DNA of 64,000 nucleotides from Octopus bimaculoides (GCF_001194135.2 NC_068984.1:4032192-4096191), one strand, 5' to 3'; shown: positions 38,666 to 51,366, counted from the first letter of the stretch. Program-made: numbers and translations. Notes: generated from the letters alone by a model not told the origin.

Positions 38666-38881
38666 TTAACCCTTTCGTTACCAACCCGGCTGAAACCGGT
38701 TCTGGCTCTGTAGTACAAATGTCTTGTTTTCATAAGTTTTGAATTAAAATCTTCCACCATACATACCTTAGTCACAATTAATGTTGCTAACACTAGCTTA
38801 ATGATAACGAAGTTATTTTACTAAATTCTTGGTTATATTTTAACTGAGAGAAAGAGAGAGCATCTCAGAATAAATACAGTA
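38666..38881. mobile_element. piggyBac-type MITE, right end truncated next to a SINE
   Basis: TTAA|CCCTTTCGTTACC left terminus. No matching right terminus is visible. Confidence 0.6.
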
Positions 38882-38889
38882 TTAGTCGT

Positions 38890-39122
38890 CCAATTTAATT
38901 CTTTATTGCCCACAGGGGGCTAGACATAGAAGGGACAAACAAGGACAGACAGAGGGACTAAGTCGATTACATCGACCCCAGTGTGTAAGTGGTACTTATT
39001 TAATCGACCTCGAAGAGATGAAAGGCAAAGTCGACCTCGCCGGAAATTGAACTCAGAACGTAGCGACAAACGAAATACCGCTAAGCATTTCGCCCGGCGT
39101 GCTAACGATTCTGCCAGCTTCC
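38890..39122 (-). mobile_element. tRNA-related SINE (gctggcagaatcgttagc family), well preserved
   Basis: Minus strand gctggcagaatcgttagcacgccgggcgaaatgcttagcgg...gttctgagttcaatttccggcgaggtcgactttgcc, with CpGs intact. Confidence 0.85.
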
Positions 39123-39888
39123 AATTTATTGGACTCAAAATGATGAAAAATTCAGAATGTGATTGAATATTAAAAGATATTTTATTTGGCATTCCAGTGT
39201 ATGTATCACCCTCCACAACCGTCAAAGAGGAACAGTGATTTTCGCCCACAGGGCTTTTTGACAGAATTATGTCATGGAAGCTGTCGTTGACTAAGTTTTG
39301 GACTAATTTATCAAAGTGCAACTTGTCTTTTGATAAAACTATGGATGAAATTGCAAAAAAGAGATTGTAAAATCGATCAGATTGTTTTACATTTATATAT
39401 ATATTTATATATATATATATATATATTAGCCCATATAAGGGCAATGAGCTGGCAGATCTTTCTTCTGTCTCTTTTTTTTTTTTTTTGTGCTAAGCTCAAA
39501 TCCAGCTAAGGTCAACTTTGCTTTTCATCATTTTGGAGTTCCAGTTGGTGTATAATTATTATGAGAATGATACGAATGGCAACCAACAAGGGACAAAAAA
39601 AAAAAAGAAAAAAGAATCGTATTGCAACATCTGTCAACAACAAGTATTTATTATTTCATGGACTTAATTGCATTCCTTTATGTAGGGGCTTGATTTACTG
39701 CTAGATATAGCAGCCAAATTGTTTGCAGTTTTACTTGTAGTCTTCTTGAAAAAAACAGAAAGGAGTCATGAGATTATTAGTCCTCAGTATACTATACCTG
39801 AATAAAAGACAGGATGATCGTGGCCGGAAGGCCTTTAACCATAGGCCTGGCTAGTTAGAAATAAACCTGACTTAAGCATAACAACAAC

Positions 39889-40410
39889 ATCATCATCATT
39901 GTTTAACATCCGTTTTTCCATGCTGGCATGGGTTGGACGGTTCGATTGAGGCCTGGAGAGCCAGCGGCTACACCAGGCTCCAATCTGATCTGGTAAGGTT
40001 TCTACAGCTGGATGCCCTTCCTAACGCCAACCACTCTGAGAGTGTAGTGGGTACTTTTTACATGCTACCGGTGTGGGAGCCAGTCTAGGTGTACTGGCAT
40101 TGACCACATTCAGATGGTGCTTTCCACATGCCACCAGCACAGGAGCCAGGTAGGTAGACCTGGCATCGACCCTGTTTGGATGGTGCTTTTTACATGCTAC
40201 CAGCCCAGGAGCCGGTGGGGGTGGCTGGCATCGACCACATTCATATGGTGCTTTTTACATGCTAGCGGCCCAAGAGCCAGTCAAGGTGGGGGTGGCTGAC
40301 ATCGCCCATGTTCGGATGGTGCTTTTTACGTGCTACCAGCCCAGGAGCCAGTTGGGACGGGGGTGGCTGGCATCGACCACGTTCAGATGGTGCCTTTTAC
40401 GTGCCACCTT
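39889..40410 (-). mobile_element. RTE 3' UTR with five to six tandem 65-71-bp modules
   Basis: Tail at 39889. Repeated ggtgctttttac..gccag[variable]ctggcatcgacc..gat units. Confidence 0.9.
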
Positions 40411-40489
40411 TTCCCCCCATTTAATTGTGTTTCAAGTATGAATCTAATGCATGTCTAATGCTGCTTTTCAATATATTTGTTCGTTTGTA

Positions 40490-40705
40490 AGATGGCAAGC
40501 TGCCAGAACAGCTAGCAAACTGGACAAAATGCTTTGCAGCATTTCATCCATTTTGGGATTCTGAGTTCAAATGCCACTGGGGTCAACTTTGCCCTTTATT
40601 CTTTTGGAGTCAATAAAATAGATAGCAGCCAGGCACTGGGGGTCAATGTAATCGACTTATCCTCTCCCCAAAATTGCTAGCTTTGTGCCAAAATTTGAGA
40701 CCATT
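40490..40705 (+). mobile_element. SINE, same family as 38890, CpG-decayed
   Basis: ttctgagttcaaatgcc...ggtcaactttgcc...cactgggggtcaatgtaatcgactt. Confidence 0.75.
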
Positions 40706-41083
40706 CTTCTAGTTCTTCTGTCTGGTTCACCCCCCCCCCCCCGAATATTTTTGAGTGGATGTTCATTCCAGTTCTCTTTTCTCAAATTCTTTCGTTTGAT
40801 TGATATTCCTCTTCCTTATTTTTTTCCTCTTCACTTCTCTAATCTGAATTGCTTATAATCCGACCCATGCCAGCATGGAAAGCAAACGTAGACTAATGCA
40901 GATGATATCAATTTTTTTTAGTGAAGCCTCAATAATGTTTCTAGCAAATATGTTCTGTTCAGTTTTTTTGTAAACAGCAAAGTTTTAATATAATGGCATC
41001 CATAGAAAACTATTTGAAAGATATCTACTGATCGAAAGCTTTACACCTTCATTTATTAGTGCTAATTAACATAATTAGTGAAG

Positions 41084-41380
41084 GCACGTGGCCTAGTGGC
41101 TGGGCATCACACTCATGATCACTAATCATGGGTTCAATTCCCAGACCAGGTGGTGTGTTGTGTTCTTGAGCAAAACACCTTCATTCCATGTTGTTTCAGT
41201 CCACTCAACTGTAACTGGGTCCACCCTGTGACGAAATAGTCCTCTGATCAGGGGAGGAGGGATGTTAGTCTGCTCACCTAGCCAGTAGGGTGACATCGTC
41301 CCAAAGCTAAAACAATGCAAAGCACATTGTGACTAGCAATGTATAACAACATCCGACAGTCTGGTTGATACCACGAATTA
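41084..41380 (+). mobile_element. tRNA-derived SINE
   Basis: ggcacgtggcctagtgg (A-box)...gggttcaattccc (B-box)...tgtgttcttgagcaaaacac (CORE-like). Confidence 0.8.
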
Positions 41381-41699
41381 ACACAGTTAATTCTTAATAT
41401 AATACTTTCAATTTGAAATAAAACCATTTCCATAGGTCAAGGTTTAGAATCATATCCTGTTGGTTTATTAATTATATTCTACTAAAGTCACAGCTGTCCA
41501 TGTTGATATGGAGTTAGGATCCTGGCATTAAAAAGCAGCAACCAATGTAGACAAACAGGAGAGATATTATTGCTGAGAAGCTTGTTTAAGGACAATGACA
41601 TTTTAGTGAAACAGTCCCATGCACTGTCCTTAGTATGGGTCTACGGCTGAGGAAGACCAGGAAAAAAAAAATAGTGGAAGAGAAATTTGTAGGCATACA

Positions 41700-41855
41700 A
41701 ATATTCTTTACAATTCTAGGCACGAGGCCCAAAATGTTTTGGGGAAGGGGCCAGTTGATTAGATCAACCCCAGACCCCGAAAGGATGAAAGGCAAAGTCG
41801 ACCTTGGTGGAATTTGAACTCAGAACGTAAAACGTTTCTGCCAGCTTGCCATCCT
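41700..41855 (-). mobile_element. SINE fragment (38890 family)
   Basis: ccccgaaaggatgaaaggcaaagtcgacctt...gaactcagaacgta. Flanked by a direct repeat of gtaggcatacaaatatt (target-site duplication-like). Confidence 0.75.
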
Positions 41856-42906
41856 TGTAGGCATACAAATATTGAATGACCGAGTGACTGTCAAAATCCT
41901 GTTTGAGAAGCTGGATAGAAATCTTTGTTGAAACATTGATGCTGATGAAAATATTACGTTTTGTAGCATTCTACATTTATGCTTCATTGGCTCAGTCCAC
42001 TCTGCTGTAAATAAGTACTACCCATAAGAAGAAAAACTAAGCATTGGGAAATCTGAATAGCTTACAAGTTTTCTGTTAATCTTCATTCATGAGTTTAACC
42101 CTTCTTATGGAGTTATTGAAATAAAACCAAAATAAGTCTCAGATAAATAATCCAAAGTTGTCTCCATTCACCATATTTATTAGGTTCTAATTTGAGCAGC
42201 TTATGACAAATGGTGCACCAGAGTTCATCTAACATTGAACTCATTCTAATTTGGCCAATACCACCAGGTGGATATATCCTATTAACCCTAACACAGAGCA
42301 CTTACTCAGCCTTATCAAACCTGGAATAACAGATTCCCGTTCATAAATTTATGATTTCCCTGGTTTGCAAAGGACAGAAAAGAGATCACGCAAAAGTACT
42401 TACTACAATAATTTATGCAAATATTAAAAATATTGTGAACCAACTAAATAATGCGAAAGCACAAAAAATGTGAGTGTAAACTTATTTCTTGATTTGCATC
42501 CCTTCATCTGTTTACTTCTTATCTTTCTGCCAAGAACGTTCTAGATTGTTATCCTGAATATAAACTTTATTCTCTTTATAGCGAAATGTTCTTACACACA
42601 CACAAACAGGTATCATTTTCAGACATTAGATAATTCATTATATCATCAGTTATCTTTTACAGTTTTTAAAATTTAACATTCTTTTGTGTCATTTTCTGAT
42701 AATATTTTACTTTCTTTGTTCTTATTAAATGATTCATCAAACATGGAACTTTTTTCTTTTTTACGAAACATGTTTGTTCTGTCAGCAGAGCAACTATTCT
42801 GTGCACCTGTTCAGGTGGATAAAAAACAAAAATCCCATATTTTTTTTTTTTTTGATTTCCCTTAGTGACAGAGTCTTCATTTGTTGTAGTTGTTTTATTG
42901 TCGCAG

Positions 42907-42966
42907 TGAGAATTGAAATTGAAACAGAGAGGAAAATAAATGAAAGAAGTCTCTCCTTTAAAGATG
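42907..42966 (+). CDS. Probable coding exon 2 of the plus-strand gene ((M)RIEIETERKINERSLSFKD)
   Basis: Acceptor ttgttttattgtcgcag, donor G|GTATTT, 60-nt phase 1-1 exon. It joins exon 1 in frame (A+TG) and extends a charged helical segment KKYREMRIEIETERK. Confidence 0.6.
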
Positions 42967-45156
42967 GTATTTCTTTGTTTTTATTTCAACAATATTTAAT
43001 TAGCAGCAGAAAATGGTACATTCTGCCACAAAGATTATGGTTTAAGTCAATAATATTTTTGAAATCTTTCCTAATTCTTTTGTTCTTGTGGAATTTATTC
43101 TGCTGTTGCTTTTAAACTCTGCTTATCTCTTTTGTGGATGTAAATATGATTGTTTAAAATCTATTTCTAGTTTTGTGCAACCATGTTTGTAGTGTATATT
43201 CATTTGTACAAACACACACACACATCTCAGCCTAGTTAACCCTGTCATTCTAACTCATCTTGTCATCACCCTATTTGTCACTTTGCTCAACAACGGAACA
43301 GCAGTGAGACGTTTTCCAGTCCATCTTGGAGACGACTTACTCCAGATAACATTTTCCAGATTCTGTGACAAACTGTCCAACCCATACCAGCTTGGTAAGC
43401 ATACAGAAAATGAGGATGATAGTTGTAACTGAAAATGTCACTTGGTAACACTACAGTTAACTACAAAAAAAAAAAAAGTATAGGGGTCGCATAATGATTT
43501 AATTGAGGAATCTCATTTGGGTTTTAAAATACACACCCACACCCACACACTGAGTCTTTCAGGGTTTCATTGTATATGCACAGCGTTTCTGTCTTTAGAC
43601 TGAGGTAACTGAAATGATTCAAGAAGACCCACTATGGGGTCTTACTCATATACCAAGGATAGTACTGCTGATATCTATACAGATATCTTAGAGTGCAGCC
43701 AGAAAAAGCCACCTGATTAATTGACATAAAGTCGTTCACACACGCACACACATGTTCTAGTCTTCTAGTCTTTCGACCACAAGTGCACTGTTTCTTTTTA
43801 TATTTGTACTATTACCCCCACACACACACATGGACATACAGCAGACAGTGGCTATGGTGGTTGGTATATTTTTTAAAAATTTGGTAGTAATATATATAAT
43901 CTAAGAAGGATATGAGAGTGACAAGTAATGTTTCATAGTGGTGTGTCTTTAGGTTTTTGTGAATGAGTGTGTGAACCATCATCATTGTCATCAACATCTA
44001 TTTTCCATGCTGGCAATTGTGTGTGTGTGTACTTGAAATGTGTCTCACCTCTGGACACCGAATATTTTATTGCACATTTTTGCATATATCACTAAGAACA
44101 CATCCTGTGAGTGTTGCAATGGTTTGGCTGACATGCTTCTTCTGTGTGTCTACTTTGCTACATTGTGGATCCCAGGCTGACTTTGTTTATTCTGGTCTTC
44201 TTGCAGAATGGCCCATTTTTCACTGTTTTCAAAACAGGAAATTGCATGTGTCTAATGTGGAAATATCAAGTTTTATACAACTTATCACAGACTAACGATG
44301 TAATTAAATTCAAATTGTTTTTCTCAATATTTACAATGGAATTAAAGAATTTCACTTTCATTCTTTGGGGATTACTTCTCATTGTTATTGACAAGTTCTC
44401 CATTTGCATATAAAGGCATGTGGCTTGGTATTCAGTTCACAGTCTGAAGAACATAGTTTTGGTTCCCTGGAGCAAGTGCCACATTGTGTCCTTGAGCAAG
44501 GCACTTCATTTCACATCCTTCCAGTTTACTCAGCTATAATGAGCACCAGCCATGTGTCCTCGGATTACCCTCTCACCCTCCTACTATCACATGATCAATG
44601 TTCCACTGGGGTCATGGGTGAGGGTTGACAGGGTGACTGTCTACCCAAAACTACATTGGCTCCTCCGAAAGCATGCAGCATTTGACTAAGTCATACACAC
44701 ACATGTGTGACTGCTGGCTGCACCTTTCTTCCCATTTGCAACCCCACTTCTAGTTTCAACTAACAATAATTTCCCATCTCTCTCTACTTAACACCTAATT
44801 GTAACAGTTACAGAGTAAATTCTACACTTTTTTAACGACTTTGATTCGTTAATCTGAAAGCTTCTGTGATTCGTTTGGATTTACTTATGTCTATACTCAG
44901 CTGTTGTTGTGCTACGACCATCAGGCAATTAGTTGAGAAATATATCTACATGGTGCCAGAATGACCTTGCATGACCAATGTGTGGTCAGTAATGATCTAT
45001 CATGTTTCAAACTTGTCTGTAAATTCTGTTGATAAGTTTGAAACTTAAAGTGAGCTGATTCTATGGAGGACATTTTTGAGAATGGCAAGTGAGAGATTTC
45101 TAGCTTATTTTCCCAGACCATAACGTTTGCGATCATCTTACTATTATATGCCCACA

Positions 45157-45428
45157 GGCATATGGAATAGTGGTTAAGAGCGTGGGCTACTAACCCCAAG
45201 ATTCTGAGTTCGATTCCAGGCAGTGACCTGAACAATAATAGTAATAATGAAAGCATTGAAAAATACCGTAGGAATAAGAACCCAGGTTTGAAATTTCCCC
45301 AAGACACCTGATGAAGGCTGGAGGGTATATCAGCTGAAACGTTGTGTTAACAATAAACAAGATGAGCACAAATATCCGTCAAATGTAAATAATGTACATA
45401 ATTCCTCATCTCTTAAATATAGAACTGT
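45157..45428 (+). mobile_element. tRNA-headed SINE carrying a hammerhead ribozyme
   Basis: Head with A-box tagtggttaag, anticodon-like arm ggg-ctactaa-ccc and B-box gagttcgattcc. Then an (aat)n linker and a body matching 15391-15512. Confidence 0.85.
45304..45347 (+). ncRNA. Minimal type I hammerhead ribozyme motif (second copy)
   Basis: acac CUGAUGA a GGCUG-gaggguauau-CAGCU GAAA CG UU gugu. It differs from copy 1 only at free position N7 and a G-C to G-U change in stem II. Confidence 0.78.
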
Positions 45429-45789
45429 ATTATAAACCACTCTTTATATTTGTGAGTTGTCAGTAAATGCTGTCTCAGCTCTAGATTAAAGTTCAATGTC
45501 AGAGATGATTGATCCAGCTAATATATTTATTAGTTTGAAAGAAAACTTTGAAATGCACATTTCTGGAGATCCCATAGCATCAACAAGTAACTGTAGAACT
45601 GTCCCTTATAAAACCATTTGACTTGTATTTGTCCAGTCTACAAATTGGATGTGTATTTGTTCCATTGTTGAAGAACTTCTAAGCAGGTATTCAACCTATC
45701 AGAAATAGCAGCCAAAGTTGAGAGACTGTTGAATGCAGAGTATACATAGGATGAAGAGAAGTTATCTTGTGCTGATCCTTCTTCCCCTC

Positions 45790-46352
45790 ATAATGGTATC
45801 TTTACTACCATACTACTAGTATCCCTGTGGCCTCCCCAACTCATACATCTCCCCCCTCAATCCTTACAGATGTTTCCTCTCACTTTCCCTACCTCCCCTC
45901 ACCTCATGCCTATTCCCCCCACCCACTTCTGCTCCTGCTGCCTGAAGTTCCCCCTGGACACTTCATTACGAATACCTGCCTCCTTGGAGATGTCTCTAAC
46001 TCATTCTCATTCCTAGATGTGAGTAGCCCTGTAGCTCCTCTACAAGACCCTGCTCTGTCCCAACCTTTTCCCACATACCTTAACCCCCCCCCCACTAACA
46101 TACAGAGGCAGCATCTTCCCTCCCTAGGTTTGTTAACTTGTTAGCTACATGGTAACCTCAATAGTGCTGGTGCCACATAAAAAGCACCCAGCATATGTTG
46201 TAAAGTGGTTGGCATTAGGAAGGGCATCCAGCTGTCGAAACCATGCCAAAGCAGACACTGCAACATGATACAGTTCTTGACTCATTGGTTCCTTGTCAAA
46301 CCATCCAACCCGTGCTAGCATGGAACACAGATGTCAAAATCATAATGATGAT
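45790..46352 (+). mobile_element. RTE subfamily with pyrimidine-rich 3' UTR
   Basis: CT-rich interior, then gtgctggtgccacataaaaagcaccc module and the canonical tail. Confidence 0.75.
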
Positions 46353-46391
46353 GAATTTCAATTAATAAATATAAATTTTGTTAGCGAAAGC

Positions 46392-46860
46392 AAAGGCATG
46401 GCTGTGTGGTTAAGAAGTTTGCTTCCCAGCCACATGGTTCTAGTCTCAATCCCACTGCATAACACCTTGGGCAAGTATCTTCTACAATAGCGCTGGTTTG
46501 ATCAAAACCTTGTAAGTAGATTTGGTTGATGGTAACTGAAAGAATCCCACCATGTATCTATATATCTATATATATATATATCTATACACACACTCTCACA
46601 CACACACACATACACACACATGTATGTATATGAGTGCATGTTAATGTCTCCTTGCCTTGACATGATAGTCATAAATGAGTGTCATCATGCAAGAGGTAGC
46701 CTTCATTTCCAATCTGCCATGAAAATGTCTGAACACAGGTGAAGGTTGATTATAGTAAAAGCATCCCCTTTAGGAAATCTACCTCAACAAATTCCATCTC
46801 ACCCATGAAGGTCTGGAAAAGCAGAGTTAAACTGATGGCAAATGATGATGGTGTGTTTTT
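46392..46860 (+). mobile_element. CORE-type SINE head joined to a degenerate RTE-like tail
   Basis: aggcatggctgtgtggttaagaag...ccttgggcaagt, ending in aatgatgatgg. The 3' boundary is uncertain. Confidence 0.6.
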
Positions 46861-46920
46861 GGCTACATACATTTCATTTTTAGTCTTGTAATAAGATATG
46901 AATATATATATATATAAAGA

Positions 46921-47134
46921 AGAACACAAATGGGGTTTAAAATTTACAACAGATGTTTCAGAATTTTATTGATGTATTCATAGATTACATCATCAGGGTA
47001 TTATCTCACCTGTTTATACCTATTTAAAATTTTACCTGAAGATGGTGGATTTTATGCTAAGATGTAATCTGTGAATACATCAATAGAATTCTACCGAAAG
47101 AACTGTCATAAATTTTAAACCTCATTTGTGTTTT
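46921..47134. repeat. Imperfect inverted repeat, ~70-bp arms, Penelope-like ends
   Basis: 46921-46991 is the reverse complement of 47061-47134 with a few differences. Both arms are preceded by cCTGA(T/A)GAtg and contain GAAA. Confidence 0.75.
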
Positions 47135-47370
47135 GTTTTTTTTTACCTACACTGCACCTAAAACCAACCCTGAATCAGATCTACAGTTTAAATTGGATTT
47201 GGTACTTACATATCTACAGTGCCCTACCAACACACGATACCTTTGTGGTTGTTTTGCCTTAGTGTGAACCCTATGTTATTGTAACTAGCCATTCTGGTAT
47301 TCTATGTGTTGATGTGCCTATATTCCAGTGAATCCTATAACTAATGTATACACACACACACACATACAAA

Positions 47371-47600
47371 TCATCATCCACTTTCCATGCTAGCATGGGT
47401 TGGACGGTTTGACTGAGAACTGGCCGGCTGGGAGGCTGCACCAAGCTCCAATCTGATTTGGTAAGGTTTCTACAATTGGATGCCTTTCCTAATGCCAACC
47501 ACTCCCAGAGTGTAGTGGGTGGATTTTGTGTGCCACCGGCATGGGTGCCAGTCAGGTGGCACTTGCATCGACCACACTGAAATGGTGCTTTTTACGTGTC
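47371..47600 (-). mobile_element. RTE 3' tail with one to two modules
   Basis: tcatcatcc actttccatgctagcatgggttggacg...ggtgctttttacgtg. Confidence 0.85.
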
Positions 47601-50600
47601 ATATATAATAAACTATGTCTGATACCTAAGAACATTTATGCATATTTTATCATACATGATTAACTTGCGTCCAGTTATAAACATTATGTACATATCCATA
47701 TACAGATATGTACACACACACACATTACAGATTTCCTTATGGAGCTAATCCATCAGTACTTATGCATGCATTGTATTAGCTATCTCCTATATATAAACAT
47801 ATACACACACTATGTGTGTGTGAGCATAAAATTGAATGCATCAACATGTATATTATACATTCATTACATGTTCATAGTAATATATTCCACATACATTAAA
47901 AGTATTACAGTACAATTAAGCTCACATTTCGATTGAGACGTTGTGGATAACGACAAACGACGATTGAAGATATTACATCTGCGTATAGTAACTGCTGCAC
48001 TCTGTTCTTAGTTCATGCAGATTGCACACACGCACACTCAGTCGGCAATGAGAGGGTTTTTAACCATAATGGCTACTTATTTGACTCCTCAATTATATCT
48101 ATTTATAAACTAAAAATTATTCTAAATGTCAGCTCGTATGAATTTCTTCAAAAAGTTCTACCAAAGATCTTTCTGTAATATATTTTCACAAAACAATTAT
48201 ATGAAATACCAAAGTTGACTTGATCAGTCATTGATTTCATCATTATTCAGTTATATGTTCCTCAACTTTTTCTGGGATAAGAAAATAATAAAAAAAAAGA
48301 GAAAAATGATAATTGAAGCCATAAAATATTGTGTTCCTCAGCTGATATTTATTTCCTATTTTATAAATTTTTCTCTCACCTTTGAAAGCATATTTCACTT
48401 AGAACAGGAGATAAAGAATAATTTGTTCTTAAAAGTTGATTGGAATATTTAAATCTAAAATTTGGAACTTTTTCTGGGATTTTCCAATTTATAGACATTT
48501 TATATTTTTGTGCAGAATATGGCAGTTTTGTTTTGTCTGATGGAAAAACATAAAATAGGTTTGAATTCTTTGTCATTTTCATTCTCCCAGAATGTATAAA
48601 GTGTCTTGTAAAATATGATTGTGTATCTTGCTTCCTAGAAATCTACAATATTCAAACAAGTTGCTCTAACAACAGATTTGAAGTTCAAGTTCTTCTATCA
48701 ACAAGAAAATAAGAAATCAAAACTGAAAGTCCTGCAGTAACCAACGTCCATTCACTCCAAACCTTTTTATGGCAGAAAAAGTGAGGTTCAAGTCACAATG
48801 AAAATCTTAGAAAGAAGGAATGTTCTGCTGTATAATCTACTTCAGATTATCTCAGAAATTTAATTTTATCAAACTTTTAGCAATTGCAAGAATTATAACT
48901 GCATTCTTCAGAAAAGATTGTATAACAACAGTCCACTAAATACTAACATGGGTTGTAAGCTGCTTCACTAATCTAACATCCAAGAAAGCAAAATAACTAA
49001 ACATACACTTACAACCAGCTAAGTAGTCTCAATGCAGTGGTTGAACATGCTAGAAATAGCTAGTAAATCTCCACTTAATCTCACTACTACCAGCTCAAGC
49101 AAGCACTATCTAAATAATATAGTTCTGTGCATTATGCCCGAAAATAGGATGGGATGGTCATTGACAAGTATCAAGATTTCTTAGAATCATTAGAAGAAGA
49201 AAGCCATAAAAACCAATAACTCTGGTCATGTTCCTCTTCACTCTTGCAAAGCTGATGATCATTTTGGATTCAGGCATGGCCATATGGTTCTGAGTTCAAA
49301 TGCCCATTTGATGTTCTGGCTCATTCCTATATCTTTTGGTTTCCAAATTAATTTTGCTGTTTTTTTTTTTTGTTTTGTTTTTTTTGTTTGGTGGTGATGG
49401 AAGGAAAAACAAGTTGTTCAGTTGGTGCAAGTAGGTTTTAAATGTGTTCTCTGTAACAAGTTGAGTTGTTGTTGGAGGTGTCGTCTGAGCAGTAGATAAG
49501 TATTTTAATTCCAGAGGGCAAACCTCTATACTACAGCAATTGCATTATGAATCAGGTTGATGTTCCTTATTCATCTTTATGTTGAATATAAAGTGTGGGG
49601 TCTATGTTCTGATGAGGTAATTTTTATTTCACCACAGTGTCTTTACGTTGGTGTTGTAAGATGTGTTATACCAATGTATTAATTCACTTATATGATTGAT
49701 GTATACTTTAGAGTAGCAGCCATATGCCAATGTTTCAATACACATCTCAGTGGCACAGTTGTTGTACCATTGGCTTTTCCTGATCATAACAGGCTTATTC
49801 TTTTCTTGATTCTGTCTGATGACAATAACAGGGTGGTTCAGTTTGATGCGGGTGTATAATGATAACAAGACGGGTTTTGGTGTGTTGAACTACTGCTGTA
49901 CACCTGCAACCTTGAAATTTAGTAACAGCAAATCCATTCTTTACTAATTTTATTAAGACTTTCTTTAGTTATTTTTATGCCATGAACCCTTAGTTTCAAA
50001 CATCTATAATTCCTCATTTCAGCCAAATCTCTTGAATCTGGAGTAGTTTTTGAGAATCCTGCCCTGCCAGTCATTGCAATAAAACCTAACTGTACCACCT
50101 GATTAAGTAATCAACATAACCTGATTCTTGCCCCCTCAACAATTTACCTTGCCTTCATCTCCCTAATTGTCTCATCGTCTTACTAACCATACCAAGTAGT
50201 TGGCCAATCTGTTAGTTTCACTTGGGGTCTGTTTCCATTTCTCCACTCATATTTCTCCTTCAAAAACCTCTTCTATACCTTTTTCATTTCCCTGTCACTC
50301 AGGGCTTATGTATAATATCATTTCAGATATGGTTTTTCTGCAATAGTATCGTTTATCATATAAATCCGTTGCTGTACAATTAGGAATATTTCATGCCTCA
50401 TAACACAGAAACTTAGCAAATTTCACTACCCCAGCTTCTTTTCAGGCTAGGTAAACATTACACTTCTGGACAGTGCACCTTGCTATGTACTTTCTTCCAC
50501 TCCTTCCTGGTCTTTTGTTTAGCTCTGAATATCACAACAACATGGTAGCTGCATAGTTTACAGTGTGGAAATAGATAGAATGCAACATTAATATTTGGCT

Positions 50601-51366
50601 GAGAGATGTGATCGAGTAAACTTTTGGTTGGTCAGAATGACAGAAAAAGAAAGTGAAAAAGGAAAGATTGTTCAAGCCACATAGCATGTCATGCAATTCA
50701 CCTTGGCCAAATAATAGCTGTATTGGAATGTGAAGAGTACCATTATAATATTAGGGGAGAGAGGAAGCTATAAGGGTGGAGATTCAGAGAGAAACACCAA
50801 CATTATAGAGAAATGGTCAGTCTGGTTTAGAATAGAGAGATATAAATATTCTGGTTATGCAAGTAAACATGTATGTGGCTTTAATGTGACATACATACAT
50901 GGAGAGGTCTTGTTGCTACTAAAATACAGGAATAGAGCTGGCATCAGCATGTACACAGATAAAAGAGATAGAGAGCTTCATTGATAGAGAGATTAATGTA
51001 TTGAGATATACTAGAATAAGCTGCTACCATTCAGAACGAAGGAAATAGCAAAAGAAATTAATGCAGGAGACAATAGCACTTACCTTGGCTAATAAAATAT
51101 GTTTAGTCAACATATATATATACTTTTGATACTTTATATGTTTAAAGAATACGTAATATTTTAATTGGTTCATATCTAGCTCTGTGTGTGTGTATATGTA
51201 ATTGTGTGGTGTGTGTGTGTTGATCATTTAATGTGGTTGGAGCTTGTGGAATAGGAAGACCCTGGAAAATATGAGATGAAGTAGTGAAGGTTGATCCCAG
51301 GACCCTGCGTCTCATGAAAATGCTAACCAATGAACAACAAGCACTAAACCACATAGACGCCGATGG

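Noticed and set aside
45157-45228. tRNA gene calls for SINE heads (also at 41084, 46392 and 26640)
   Set aside because: A and B boxes are present, but acceptor stems do not pair well and each head continues into a SINE body.
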